Assembly: GCA_900320235.1 (NCBI GenBank)
Contig: ONRO01000246.1
Coordinates: 1-24,206 of the forward strand
DNA from: an uncultured Eubacteriales bacterium
GTDB lineage: Bacteria > Bacillota > Clostridia > Oscillospirales > Acutalibacteraceae
Length of the DNA stretch: 24,206 bases
Reading direction: 5' to 3'
A program made the translations under genes and the position numbers. This document shows, piece by piece, positions 8,370 through 16,194 of the stretch. Each line of letters opens with the position of its first letter. Within the stretch, counting starts at the first letter, position 1. The notes under the pieces are model-generated. The model ran no database searches, was not told the origin of the DNA, and worked only from the letters and a program-made list of their open reading frames with translations.

Positions 8370-10304
8370 TCAGCCGTTATTTCTTGTATAATCGAGCAAA
8401 CCACCAGCAAGAATAATATCTCTTGTTCTGTCAGACAGCTCACAAAGAACAGGCATTTCTCTGCCATTTGTTTTATTGACAAGAACAAGCTCTTCCTTAC
8501 CATCTGAGATAAGCTGACGTACATTCGGAATAGAAAGCTCATCACCTTCGCTTATGCTGTCATAGTCTGACTCATTGACAAAAGTAAGGGGAAGAATACC
8601 CGCATTGATAAGATTTGCTCTGTGGATCCTTGCGAAAGACTTGACAACAACTGCTTTTACTCCAAGATAAAGAGGAGCGAGAGCAGCATGCTCACGAGAG
8701 CTTCCCTGACCATAGTTAATACCACCTATTACAATGCTTGCACCGAGTTTCTTTGCTCTTTCCGGGAAATCCTTATCACAAACTGTAAAGCAGTGCTGTG
8801 AAATAGCAGGAATATTAGAACGGAGCGGAAGAATCTTTGCACCGGCAGGCATAATATGATCGGTTGTAATATTGTCACCAACCTTGAGAGAGCATGGAAC
8901 ATCAATACTTTCTGCAAGAGGAGCCGTTTCAGGATAAGGTTTGATATTGGGACCTCTGAGTACTTCAACACTGTCCATTTCATCGACAGATGCGGGAGCT
9001 ATGACCATGTTATCATTAAACTCAAATTTCTCAGGAAGCGGAATATCAATTGCGTCACCAAGTGTTCTCGGATCTGTAAATACTCCTGTAAGAGCAGATG
9101 CCGCAGCTGTTTCAGGGCTGACAAGATAAATCTGTCCGTCACGAGTACCGCTTCTGCCCTCAAAATTTCGATTGAATGTTCTGAGTGAGATACCCTTGCT
9201 GTTAGGTGACTGACCCATGCCAATACATGGACCGCATGCACACTCAAGAATTCTTGCGCCTGCTTCAATAATATCAGCTAAAGCACCATTTCTTGCAAGC
9301 ATATTATAAACCTGCTTTGAACCTGGAGCAATAGCAAGACTGACATTAGGAGCAACCGTTTTACCCTTAAGGATTGCAGCAACTCTCATAAGATCAAGAT
9401 AAGATGAATTTGTGCAAGAGCCGATACAAACCTGATCAATCTTCTGAGGACCGATTTCCTCAATTGATTTGATATTATCAGGGCTGTGAGGACATGCAGC
9501 AGCAGGTACAAGCTTAGAAAGATCGATATCTATTATTTCATCATAAACCGCATCAGAATCAGCAGAAAGTTCTGACCAATCTTCTTCACGGCCCTGAGCT
9601 TTCATAAATTCTTTAGTTATTTCATCAGACGGGAAGATAGATGTTGTTGCACCGAGCTCTGCGCCCATGTTAGTTATTGTTGCTCTTTCAGGTACAGTAA
9701 GTGTTTTTACACCCTCTCCGCCGTATTCAACTATTTTGCCGACTCCGCCTTTTACAGACATGATTCTCAGTACTTCAAGAATAATATCCTTAGCAGATAC
9801 CCAGGGCTGAAGCTTACCGCTAAGATTAATTCTTACCATTTTGGGCATAGAGATATAATATGCACCTCCACCCATAGCAACTGCAACATCAAGACCACCT
9901 GCTCCAATTGCAAGCATTCCGATTCCACCGCCTGTGGGAGTATGACTGTCTGAACCAATAAGGGTCTTACCCGGTTTTCCGAAACGTTCAAGATGAACCT
10001 GGTGGCAAATACCATTTCCGGGTCTTGAGAAATAAATACCATGCTTTTTGCAGACAGACTGAATAAAACGATGGTCATCTGCGTTTTCAAAACCAGTCTG
10101 AAGAGTATTATGGTCGATATAAGCGACACTTTTTTCTGTTTTTACTCTGGGAACTCCGATAGCCTCAAATTCGAGGTAAGCCATTGTGCCTGTGGCGTCC
10201 TGTGTAAGAGTTTGATCAATTTTAAGCCCAACCTCACTGCCGACTGTCATTTCACCGCTGAGTAAGTGAGCCTTAATGATTTTTTGAGCAATAGTATAGC
10301 CCAT
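8370..10304 (-). CDS. acn: Aconitate hydratase (short clostridial type, 644 aa)
   Basis: DQTLTQDATG, GICHQVH, GSDSHT, Fe-S Cys ligands IGSCTNSS and CGPCIGMG, TTDHIMPAG, YGQGSSREHAA; co-oriented with icd. Confidence 0.93.
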   Translation of the reverse strand: MGYTIAQKIIKAHLLSGEMTVGSEVGLKIDQTLTQDATGTMAYLEFEAIGVPRVKTEKSVAYIDHNTLQTGFENADDHRFIQSVCKKHGIYFSRPGNGICHQVHLERFGKPGKTLIGSDSHTPTGGGIGMLAIGAGGLDVAVAMGGGAYYISMPKMVRINLSGKLQPWVSAKDIILEVLRIMSVKGGVGKIVEYGGEGVKTLTVPERATITNMGAELGATTSIFPSDEITKEFMKAQGREEDWSELSADSDAVYDEIIDIDLSKLVPAAACPHSPDNIKSIEEIGPQKIDQVCIGSCTNSSYLDLMRVAAILKGKTVAPNVSLAIAPGSKQVYNMLARNGALADIIEAGARILECACGPCIGMGQSPNSKGISLRTFNRNFEGRSGTRDGQIYLVSPETAAASALTGVFTDPRTLGDAIDIPLPEKFEFNDNMVIAPASVDEMDSVEVLRGPNIKPYPETAPLAESIDVPCSLKVGDNITTDHIMPAGAKILPLRSNIPAISQHCFTVCDKDFPERAKKLGASIVIGGINYGQGSSREHAALAPLYLGVKAVVVKSFARIHRANLINAGILPLTFVNESDYDSISEGDELSIPNVRQLISDGKEELVLVNKTNGREMPVLCELSDRTRDIILAGGLLDYTRNNG

Positions 10305-10349
10305 GATCCTTCCTCCTTAATTATGTATTTACAATATGTATGCATATCT

Positions 10350-10378
10350 ATTATCCTTCAAAATGAATAATTTGTCAA
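10350..10378 (-). promoter_or_regulatory. SigmaA-type promoter for acn-icd
   Basis: Minus strand TTGACA-N17-GATAAT, ~45 nt upstream of the acn start. Confidence 0.7.
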
Positions 10379-10490
10379 TCTTTTTATGCAAAATAACCTA
10401 CAAAAATAATAAAAAGTCTCCTATTTGACCAATTATTACGTAATATATTTATTATTACTTAAAATAATATAAAATATTTTAGTTGGTGAC

Positions 10491-10517
10491 TTGCATTTTT
10501 CTGATCTTTGTTATAAT
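10491..10517 (+). promoter_or_regulatory. Candidate sigmaA promoter (extended -10) for sORF-rpiR unit
   Basis: TGtTATAAT (TATAAT at 10512-10517); TTGCAT upstream at a short 15-nt spacing. Confidence 0.45.
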
Positions 10518-10686
10518 ATTTAATTTAGCAAAAGCAATCAGCAGAATAACAGGTACTTAAGAATAATTTTATTACATATCTGCTTTTTAAATCTATTTGG
10601 ATATTATTATCCTTAACTTGTTATTTTCTGAAATTATGCAAAAATTTTCCATAGCTTATCTATTTTGAGAACGGAGTTGAATAGTT

Positions 10687-10791
10687 TTGTTTAAAAACAG
10701 AAAGCTGATTATTAGAATAACAGCAATTGTACTTTGTGTACTTATTGTACTCAGCGTTTTTTCTATTCTTTTTGCAACAATAAATTTTTAA
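10687..10791 (+). CDS. Small single-pass membrane protein, 34 aa (not in ORF track)
   Basis: TTG start 10 nt after GGAG (10673-10676); MFKNRKLIIRITAIVLCVLIVLSVFSILFATINF*, a basic N-terminus followed by one hydrophobic helix. Confidence 0.65.
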   Translation: MFKNRKLIIRITAIVLCVLIVLSVFSILFATINF

Positions 10792-10843
10792 TGATCTGAG
10801 TAAGAAAATGATTATAATATAAAGAAACAGGAGATTATTAATA

Positions 10844-11719
10844 ATGAACTTACTGTCACTTATTAATGAAAGAATGTCAAAATTTTCTAAAGGTCAGAAG
10901 CTTATAGCAAACTTTATTACCGAGCATTATGATAAAGCTGCTTTTATGACGGCATCAAAGCTTGGAACAACAGTCGGAGTCAGTGAATCCACTGTTGTGC
11001 GTTTCGCAACCGAACTTGGATATGATGGTTATCCCAAAATGCAAAAAGCAATGCAGGAAATGATAAGGGATAAGCTTACCTCAATTCAAAGAATAGAGGT
11101 AACAAAAAACCGTTTCGGAAATGAAAATGTTCTTACAAATGTACTTAATCAGGATATAGAAAAAATAAGAAAAACAATGGAAGAAACATCTAAAGATGAT
11201 TTCAAGAGTTCTGTAAAAGCCATTGCAAGTGCAAAAACCATCTATATTTTTGCAGTCAGAAGTTCTGCAGCTCTGGCATCATTTTTAGGATACTATTATT
11301 CATTGATATTTGATAATGTTAAGGTTATCAGTAATTATGGAGAAACTGAAATATACGAACAGCTGTTCCGGATTTCTGAAAACGATGTAATTATCGGAAT
11401 AAGCTTCCCAAGATACTCCAATGCAGCTGTCAAGGCAATGTCCTTTGCAAAAAGAAGAGGTGCAAAGGTTATTGCCTTGACAGATAGTATGACAAGTCCT
11501 CTTTGTGAAATGTCTGACTATGTTCTGATTGCAAAAAGCGATATGGCATCTATTGTTGATTCACTTGTTGCACCTTTAAGCATGATAAACGCTTTGATTG
11601 TCGCAACAGTTATCGAATTGGACGGAGTCGTTGAAGATACCTTTACAAAGCTTGAATCCATCTGGGAAGAATATGATGTTTACCGAAACAACAGAGAGGA
11701 TGAAACTGTTGAGCAATGA
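10844..11719 (+). CDS. MurR/RpiR family transcriptional regulator (HTH + SIS domain)
   Basis: FSKGQKLIANFI...ASKLGTTVGVSESTVVRFATELGYDGY HTH; IGISFPRYS and IALTDSMTSPL SIS motifs; SD AGGAG. Confidence 0.93.
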   Translation: MNLLSLINERMSKFSKGQKLIANFITEHYDKAAFMTASKLGTTVGVSESTVVRFATELGYDGYPKMQKAMQEMIRDKLTSIQRIEVTKNRFGNENVLTNVLNQDIEKIRKTMEETSKDDFKSSVKAIASAKTIYIFAVRSSAALASFLGYYYSLIFDNVKVISNYGETEIYEQLFRISENDVIIGISFPRYSNAAVKAMSFAKRRGAKVIALTDSMTSPLCEMSDYVLIAKSDMASIVDSLVAPLSMINALIVATVIELDGVVEDTFTKLESIWEEYDVYRNNREDETVEQ

Positions 11720-12941
11720 ACGAACTGTAATAATCGGAGCTGGTGCTGCCGGAATGATGGCAGGCATTTTCTCAGCAAACAGAGGTAATGAAACAATTAT
11801 TCTAGAGAAAAACAAACGACCTGGAAGAAAGCTGTATATCACCGGAAAAGGAAGGTGCAATGTCTGCAACAATTGTAATGAAAAAACTGTTATTGCAAAT
11901 ACACCTACAAACGGAAAATTTCTTTTCAGTGCATTAAATGCTTTTTCTCCGGAAGATACTATTGAGTTTTTTGAAAAACACGGATGTCCTCTGAAAACAG
12001 AAAGAGGCAACCGTGTTTTTCCGGTATCTGATAAGGCAGGAGATATTGTTGATACATTACTTCGCACCTTAAAAGGCTCTGGCTGTAAGACAATAAATAC
12101 AAATGCTGAAGATATTCTTATCAAAGACAATCAGATATACGGTGTTATTTTGGCTGATAAAACTGTAATAGAATGTGATAAGTTAATAATCGCTACCGGA
12201 GGAAAATCTTATCCGCTGACCGGATCAACAGGCGATGGTTATCGCTTTGCAGAAAAAGCCGGACATACTATCACTACCTTGAGACCTTCTCTCGTTCCGG
12301 TTGAAACTGCAGAACATACAGGTTATGATTCAGATGGCCTTCTATTAAAAAACGTATCTGTTCGTCTGATAGATACATTCAGGAAAAACAAATGCATATA
12401 TAATGATTTCGGAGAGTTTGAACTTCACCGATACGGTTTGTCCGGAGCAATAATAAGAAGTGCATCTGCTCATATGAAAAACATGGAAAACGGAAGATAT
12501 AAAATAGAGATCGATCTGAAGCCGGCTTTGGATGAAAAAACTCTTGACACAAGATTATTAAGGGAAATTAATGATAAACACAACGGTGTATATTCAGATG
12601 TTTTATCAACTCTTATGCCTCGTGCTCTGATAAAAGATTTTGTTAAAATCAGTGAAATACCAGACAACCGGAAAAACAGCGAAATAACCAGGGAAGAACG
12701 CCGAAGGATTATTGAAAAATTAAAAAGAATAGAAAGAACTGTAACTGGATTTCGCCCGATTGAGGAAGCAATTGTTACTTCCGGAGGTGTCTGCGTAAAA
12801 GAGATAGATCCAAAAACTATGCAATCAAAGCTTGTGAAAGGACTATATTTTGCTGGTGAAGTTATTGATGTTGATTGTTATACAGGAGGCTTTAATTTAC
12901 AGACAGCATTTTCAACAGGTGTACTTGCTGCAATATCTTAA
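11709..12941 (+). CDS. NAD(P)/FAD-dependent oxidoreductase, HI0933/YhiN/BaiN-like flavoprotein family (start probably TTG 11709; ATG 11700 is the alternative)
   Basis: IIGAGAAGM, GRKLYITGKGRCNVCN, ERGNRVFP, ATGGKSYPLTGSTGDGY, AIVTSGGV, GEVIDVDCYTGGFNLQTAFSTG. GAGGA sits 8 nt before TTG 11709; overlaps the rpiR stop. Confidence 0.9.
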   Translation: MSNERTVIIGAGAAGMMAGIFSANRGNETIILEKNKRPGRKLYITGKGRCNVCNNCNEKTVIANTPTNGKFLFSALNAFSPEDTIEFFEKHGCPLKTERGNRVFPVSDKAGDIVDTLLRTLKGSGCKTINTNAEDILIKDNQIYGVILADKTVIECDKLIIATGGKSYPLTGSTGDGYRFAEKAGHTITTLRPSLVPVETAEHTGYDSDGLLLKNVSVRLIDTFRKNKCIYNDFGEFELHRYGLSGAIIRSASAHMKNMENGRYKIEIDLKPALDEKTLDTRLLREINDKHNGVYSDVLSTLMPRALIKDFVKISEIPDNRKNSEITREERRRIIEKLKRIERTVTGFRPIEEAIVTSGGVCVKEIDPKTMQSKLVKGLYFAGEVIDVDCYTGGFNLQTAFSTGVLAAIS

Positions 12942-13039
12942 CTAATATAATAATCTTTCAGTGACAGCGTGAATAAAAGCCTATATATTTTCAGGTAAAT
13001 TTTTAACTATTCTATAATTAAAGACGGAGGTCAGAATAC

Positions 13040-13450
13040 ATGGGATTTCAGGATGACTGGATGTTGCGTCAGATAGAAATGATGACAAGATTCGTTGCAA
13101 ATGTAGTATTCGGAAAAAAAGAATCAGAAGTACATTACGAAATAATAGGTAATATGTATGACAGTGATACTTTGACAACAACAGATCTGCTTCATCTAAA
13201 ATTAATGGAGATGATCAGGGAAGGAGAGTACGGAAAAGCAGAGGACTTGCTTTTTGAAAATTTAGTTTATTCTGATAAATATATTGAATTAGCATCAGAT
13301 TTTTATCAAAGATTAAATCAGCTCAGTGATGATCAGCTTGATGCAGGTAATTTCTCTCGTGAAGAAATATATGATGGATATATTGAAATAATGGCATTGC
13401 TTGGTGTCCCGATAGATGTATTCGGACAAGCAGATCGGAGTGAATATTAA
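13040..13450 (+). CDS. Uncharacterised acidic helical protein, DUF6483-like
   Basis: Strong SD GGAGGT. DDWMLRQIEMMTR...GKAEDLLFE...FYQRLNQLSDDQLDAGNFSREEIYDG resembles DUF6483 (recognised from memory). Confidence 0.75.
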   Translation: MGFQDDWMLRQIEMMTRFVANVVFGKKESEVHYEIIGNMYDSDTLTTTDLLHLKLMEMIREGEYGKAEDLLFENLVYSDKYIELASDFYQRLNQLSDDQLDAGNFSREEIYDGYIEIMALLGVPIDVFGQADRSEY

Positions 13451-13596
13451 TAAGTCATTATTTTCGTAAAAGCATATTTTATACACAATTTAAAAATATA
13501 TTAACACCATTATTTACCTTACAGGACTCTGAAACAGAATACTCGCAGAAGATCCGGAAAAGCCAGATACAATAAATAACAGACATTCAATATGAT

Positions 13597-13625
13597 GAAT
13601 AAAAAGTCATTAAAATACATATAAT
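13597..13625 (+). promoter_or_regulatory. Candidate sigmaE-type promoter for the 45-aa ORF
   Basis: GAATAAA-N14-CATATAAT versus sigmaE consensus (k)mATAtt-N14-cATAcanT; AT-rich context weakens significance. Confidence 0.4.
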
Positions 13626-13680
13626 TAATATATGGCTGACTTTTGAAAAAATGTTATTTGTATCTGAGGTGACTAATGAA

Positions 13681-13818
13681 ATGATTATGTTTATTGCAGG
13701 TCTTGTAACAGGAGTATGTCTTGGTGTTTTATTAATGGCAATATTCAATGCATCGTCGTATGCTGATGATATTTCAGAGAAGCTGTTCAACGAATCTGAT
13801 TATCATTCTGAAAAGTGA
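13681..13818 (+). CDS. Small membrane protein, 45 aa, DUF3789-like (not in ORF track)
   Basis: SD GAGGTG 9 nt upstream; MIMFIAGLVTGVCLGVLLMAIFNASSYADDISEKLFNESDYHSEK*; followed directly by a terminator. Confidence 0.75.
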   Translation: MIMFIAGLVTGVCLGVLLMAIFNASSYADDISEKLFNESDYHSEK

Positions 13819-13829
13819 ATAAGTTTTCG

Positions 13830-13869
13830 GCACAAGCTAAATTATCGACAGCTTGTGCTTTTTATTTTT
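13830..13869 (+). terminator. Intrinsic terminator after the 45-aa ORF
   Basis: GCACAAGCT / AGCTTGTGC 9-bp stem followed by TTTTTATTTTT. Confidence 0.85.
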
Positions 13870-13870
13870 G

Positions 13871-13901
13871 TTCTAAAAGACTGACCTGCTATGTATAATA
13901 T
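13871..13901 (+). promoter_or_regulatory. Candidate spoIIIA P1 promoter (sigmaE expected; also reads as TTCTAA-N17-TATAAT)
   Basis: TTCTAAA-N16-TATAATAT in the only gap between the terminator and the spoIIIAA SD. Confidence 0.35.
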
Positions 13902-13931
13902 AGCAAAGTCAAAATAAGGGAGTGGTACAAT

Positions 13932-14858
13932 ACGGGAAACAATACAGAAAGCTTTGATGAAGCAGCAAAAATGCTATGTAATGAGTTATCTCAGTCATTA
14001 ATAAAAATACCTGACAGCAAAAAAAAACTGATTCAGGAAATAAGACTGAGATGCAACAAACCAATCGCCCTGACAAGCGGTAAAGAAACATTATTTGTAT
14101 GTAAAGACGGAAGTATAATTTATTCTCCCGGTCCGAGAGCTGTAAGAAGTTTAAAACACCATATATTTGACAGCTTCCGTAGTCTTTGCGGCTATTCCGT
14201 TTATAGTAAACAAAACGAAATAATAGACGGCTACATTACTGCATCAAACGGATCAAGAATAGGTGTATGCGGAACAGCAAATATAAAAAACAATGAAATA
14301 ATATCTGTTTCTGACATTACTTCAATGAATATAAGAATATCAAGGCAGATAACAGGAATATCAAATGAACTGATAAGTAAGATTTTTCCATTAAAAGGCG
14401 GAGTTCTGATCGTAGGTGCTCCGACAACCGGTAAGACAACATTACTAAGAGATATTGCCAGAAATGTATCGACCGGAAACGGATGCAGAATAATGAGAAC
14501 AACAGTAATTGATGAAAGAGGAGAGTTATCAGGTGGAAATAAAGGAAGTATAGATTTAGGCCTGTCAGATATATTTACAGGCTATCCTAAATCAGATGGA
14601 ATAATGCAGGCAATAAGATCATTTTCTCCTCAACTTATCATATGCGATGAAGTAGGTACAGATAAGGATGTTGACTCCATAATAAAGTGTACAAATGCAG
14701 GAGCAATAATAATTGCATCATTACATGCTGGAAATACTGATGAACTTTTTCGTCGCAGTCAGACTAAAAAGCTGATCTCCACATGTGCATTCAAAAATAT
14801 TGTTATTCTCGATTCAAGTGATATACCATGTAAAATAAAAGAAATAATCAGATTATAG
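13932..14858 (+). CDS. spoIIIAA: Stage III sporulation protein AA (ATPase); start uncertain (ACG 13932 vs ATG 13971)
   Basis: IQEIRLRCNKP, GSRIGVCG, Walker A GAPTTGKTT, VIDERGEL, AIRSFSPQLIICDEVG; first gene of an 8-gene cluster. Confidence 0.93.
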   Translation, partial: TGNNTESFDEAAKMLCNELSQSLIKIPDSKKKLIQEIRLRCNKPIALTSGKETLFVCKDGSIIYSPGPRAVRSLKHHIFDSFRSLCGYSVYSKQNEIIDGYITASNGSRIGVCGTANIKNNEIISVSDITSMNIRISRQITGISNELISKIFPLKGGVLIVGAPTTGKTTLLRDIARNVSTGNGCRIMRTTVIDERGELSGGNKGSIDLGLSDIFTGYPKSDGIMQAIRSFSPQLIICDEVGTDKDVDSIIKCTNAGAIIIASLHAGNTDELFRRSQTKKLISTCAFKNIVILDSSDIPCKIKEIIRL

Positions 14859-14868
14859 GAATGATTAT

Positions 14869-15378
14869 ATGTTAATGAAATTAACAGGCTCTGTTTTTAT
14901 AGTATTATGCGGAGGCTTAGCAGGTATATATATATCAAAAAGGATCAACGAAAAAACCGAATTTATTACTCAGTATATTTCATTTCTTACTCAGGCCGAA
15001 GCAATGATAAACTATGCCAATTCAGATATAAAGTATATTCTGAATAATGTTAAATCTATTCCACTGCTTGATCAAATGATAAAGGATACACTCAATTATC
15101 TGAACAGTGATTATGATTTTCGTTATGCATGGGAAAAATCTGTTTACTCAGCTTTTAACAGAAACCAATTTGAAAAAGAAGATCTGTTATTAATTCTTGC
15201 CTTTGGAGAAGAATTCGGTAACCATGGTTCCGATGAAGAAATAATGAAGATCAGACTGAACATATCCAATGTATCTGAAAGAATGACTGACAGAAAAAAA
15301 GAGAATGAGACAAAAATGAAACTCTACAGAACACTCGGAACATTTTCAGGAGCAATTGTAGCTGTATTATTAATCTGA
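14869..15378 (+). CDS. spoIIIAB: Stage III sporulation protein AB
   Basis: KLTGSVFIVLCGGLAG N-terminal helix, C-terminal KLYRTLGTFSGAIVAVLLI, operon position. Confidence 0.9.
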   Translation: MLMKLTGSVFIVLCGGLAGIYISKRINEKTEFITQYISFLTQAEAMINYANSDIKYILNNVKSIPLLDQMIKDTLNYLNSDYDFRYAWEKSVYSAFNRNQFEKEDLLLILAFGEEFGNHGSDEEIMKIRLNISNVSERMTDRKKENETKMKLYRTLGTFSGAIVAVLLI

Positions 15379-15439
15379 GCAGATGTGCCTAAAACAGTCA
15401 GACATGATTTTCAAAAAAGCCTGAATATAGGTGGTAAAA

Positions 15440-15634
15440 ATGAACATTGAATTTATCTTTAAAATTGCTGCTATCGGAATCATTGTTGCGGTCTTAAGTC
15501 TGGTTCTTTCACGTTCGGGGAGGGAAGAACAAGCAATGATGACGACACTTGCAGGATTAGTGGTGGTACTGCTAATGCTCGTAGAAAAAATATCTGAGCT
15601 TTTTACCACCATCGAGAGTTTATTCGGTTTTTGA
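15440..15634 (+). CDS. spoIIIAC: Stage III sporulation protein AC (start ATG 15440)
   Basis: MNIEFIFKIAAIGIIVAVLSLVLSRSGREEQAMMTTLAGLVVVL; SD AGGTGG 5 nt upstream. Confidence 0.95.
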   Translation: MNIEFIFKIAAIGIIVAVLSLVLSRSGREEQAMMTTLAGLVVVLLMLVEKISELFTTIESLFGF

Positions 15635-16026
15635 CAGAAATAATTACTGTCTGCGGTGCGGGTATAGTTACAACATTTGCATCAGTAGTATTAAAAAAAT
15701 ACTCCCCGGAAATATCCGTACTGACAGCGATCACAGGAAGCATTATAATTATAATTTCCATATTGCCTGAACTGACACCATTTATCAGCGAACTGAACGA
15801 AATAGGAGATCTTGCAGGCATTGACCAGTCTTATATAACAATACTTGTTAAATCAATAGGAATATGTATTGCAGGAAAATTTTCATCTGAATTCTGCCGT
15901 GATAATGGTTTTTCATCCCTGGCCTCTAAAGTCGAATTTGCTTCAAAAATAACTGTAATAATTTTATCACTGCCAATATACACAGATATTATATCAATTG
16001 CATCAGAACTGCTCAAAGTCAATTAA
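15631..16026 (+). CDS. spoIIIAD: Stage III sporulation protein AD
   Basis: YITILVKSIGICIAGKFSSEFCRDNGFSSLASKVEFASK; TTG start overlaps the spoIIIAC TGA (TTGA coupling). Confidence 0.92.
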   Translation: MTEIITVCGAGIVTTFASVVLKKYSPEISVLTAITGSIIIIISILPELTPFISELNEIGDLAGIDQSYITILVKSIGICIAGKFSSEFCRDNGFSSLASKVEFASKITVIILSLPIYTDIISIASELLKVN

Positions 16027-16071
16027 ATATAATTGTGATTAAGATAACTGCTCATAAGTCATTATGAAATA

Positions 16072-16095
16072 ATCTGCTGATTGCAATTAGCAGAT
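16072..16095 (+). other. 24-bp near-perfect palindrome between spoIIIAD and spoIIIAE
   Basis: ATCTGCTGATTG|CAATTAGCAGAT; the single mismatch is a G-U pair on the + strand. Confidence 0.65.
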
Positions 16096-16194
16096 GACTC
16101 CGGTTCAGAATAATTAATCTAAATCTAATTATTTTTCACAATTAATCATAAACCAAGGATAATTCAGTCAAAACAAAGGAAACAGGGTGATCAA

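Noticed and set aside
1033-9268. Short ORF-track entries overlapping or antisense to htpG, ftsK, uppP, icd and acn (e.g. 1033-1248, 2600-2875, 2773-3093, 3585-3860, 7607-7903, 8856-9188)
   Set aside because: Shadow frames of well-supported genes; no SD or recognisable motifs
10524-10590. Possible riboswitch/attenuator in the leader (AGCAGA...TCTGCT-TTTT; AGAATAACAG repeated at 10543 and 10714)
   Set aside because: Only 6-bp pairing across an AT-rich loop; no T-box or known riboswitch motif; compatible with chance
11576-12130. 184-aa antisense ORF over rpiR/flavoprotein, and the 11598 start given for the flavoprotein
   Set aside because: The antisense ORF is a shadow frame; the 11598 start would overlap rpiR by over 100 nt, and the SD favours 11709
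13505-13590. GC-richer patch resembling a coding remnant or ncRNA
   Set aside because: No start codon in its open frames and only a 4-bp hairpin; nothing assignable
13587-13790. 67-aa minus-strand ORF from the track
   Set aside because: Antisense to the better-supported 13681-13818 ORF, which has an SD and terminator
13843-13849. Spo0A-box-like TGTCGAT (minus strand) upstream of spoIIIAA
   Set aside because: One mismatch to TGNCGAA, lies in a terminator loop, and the same heptamer occurs in the 20823-20864 terminator
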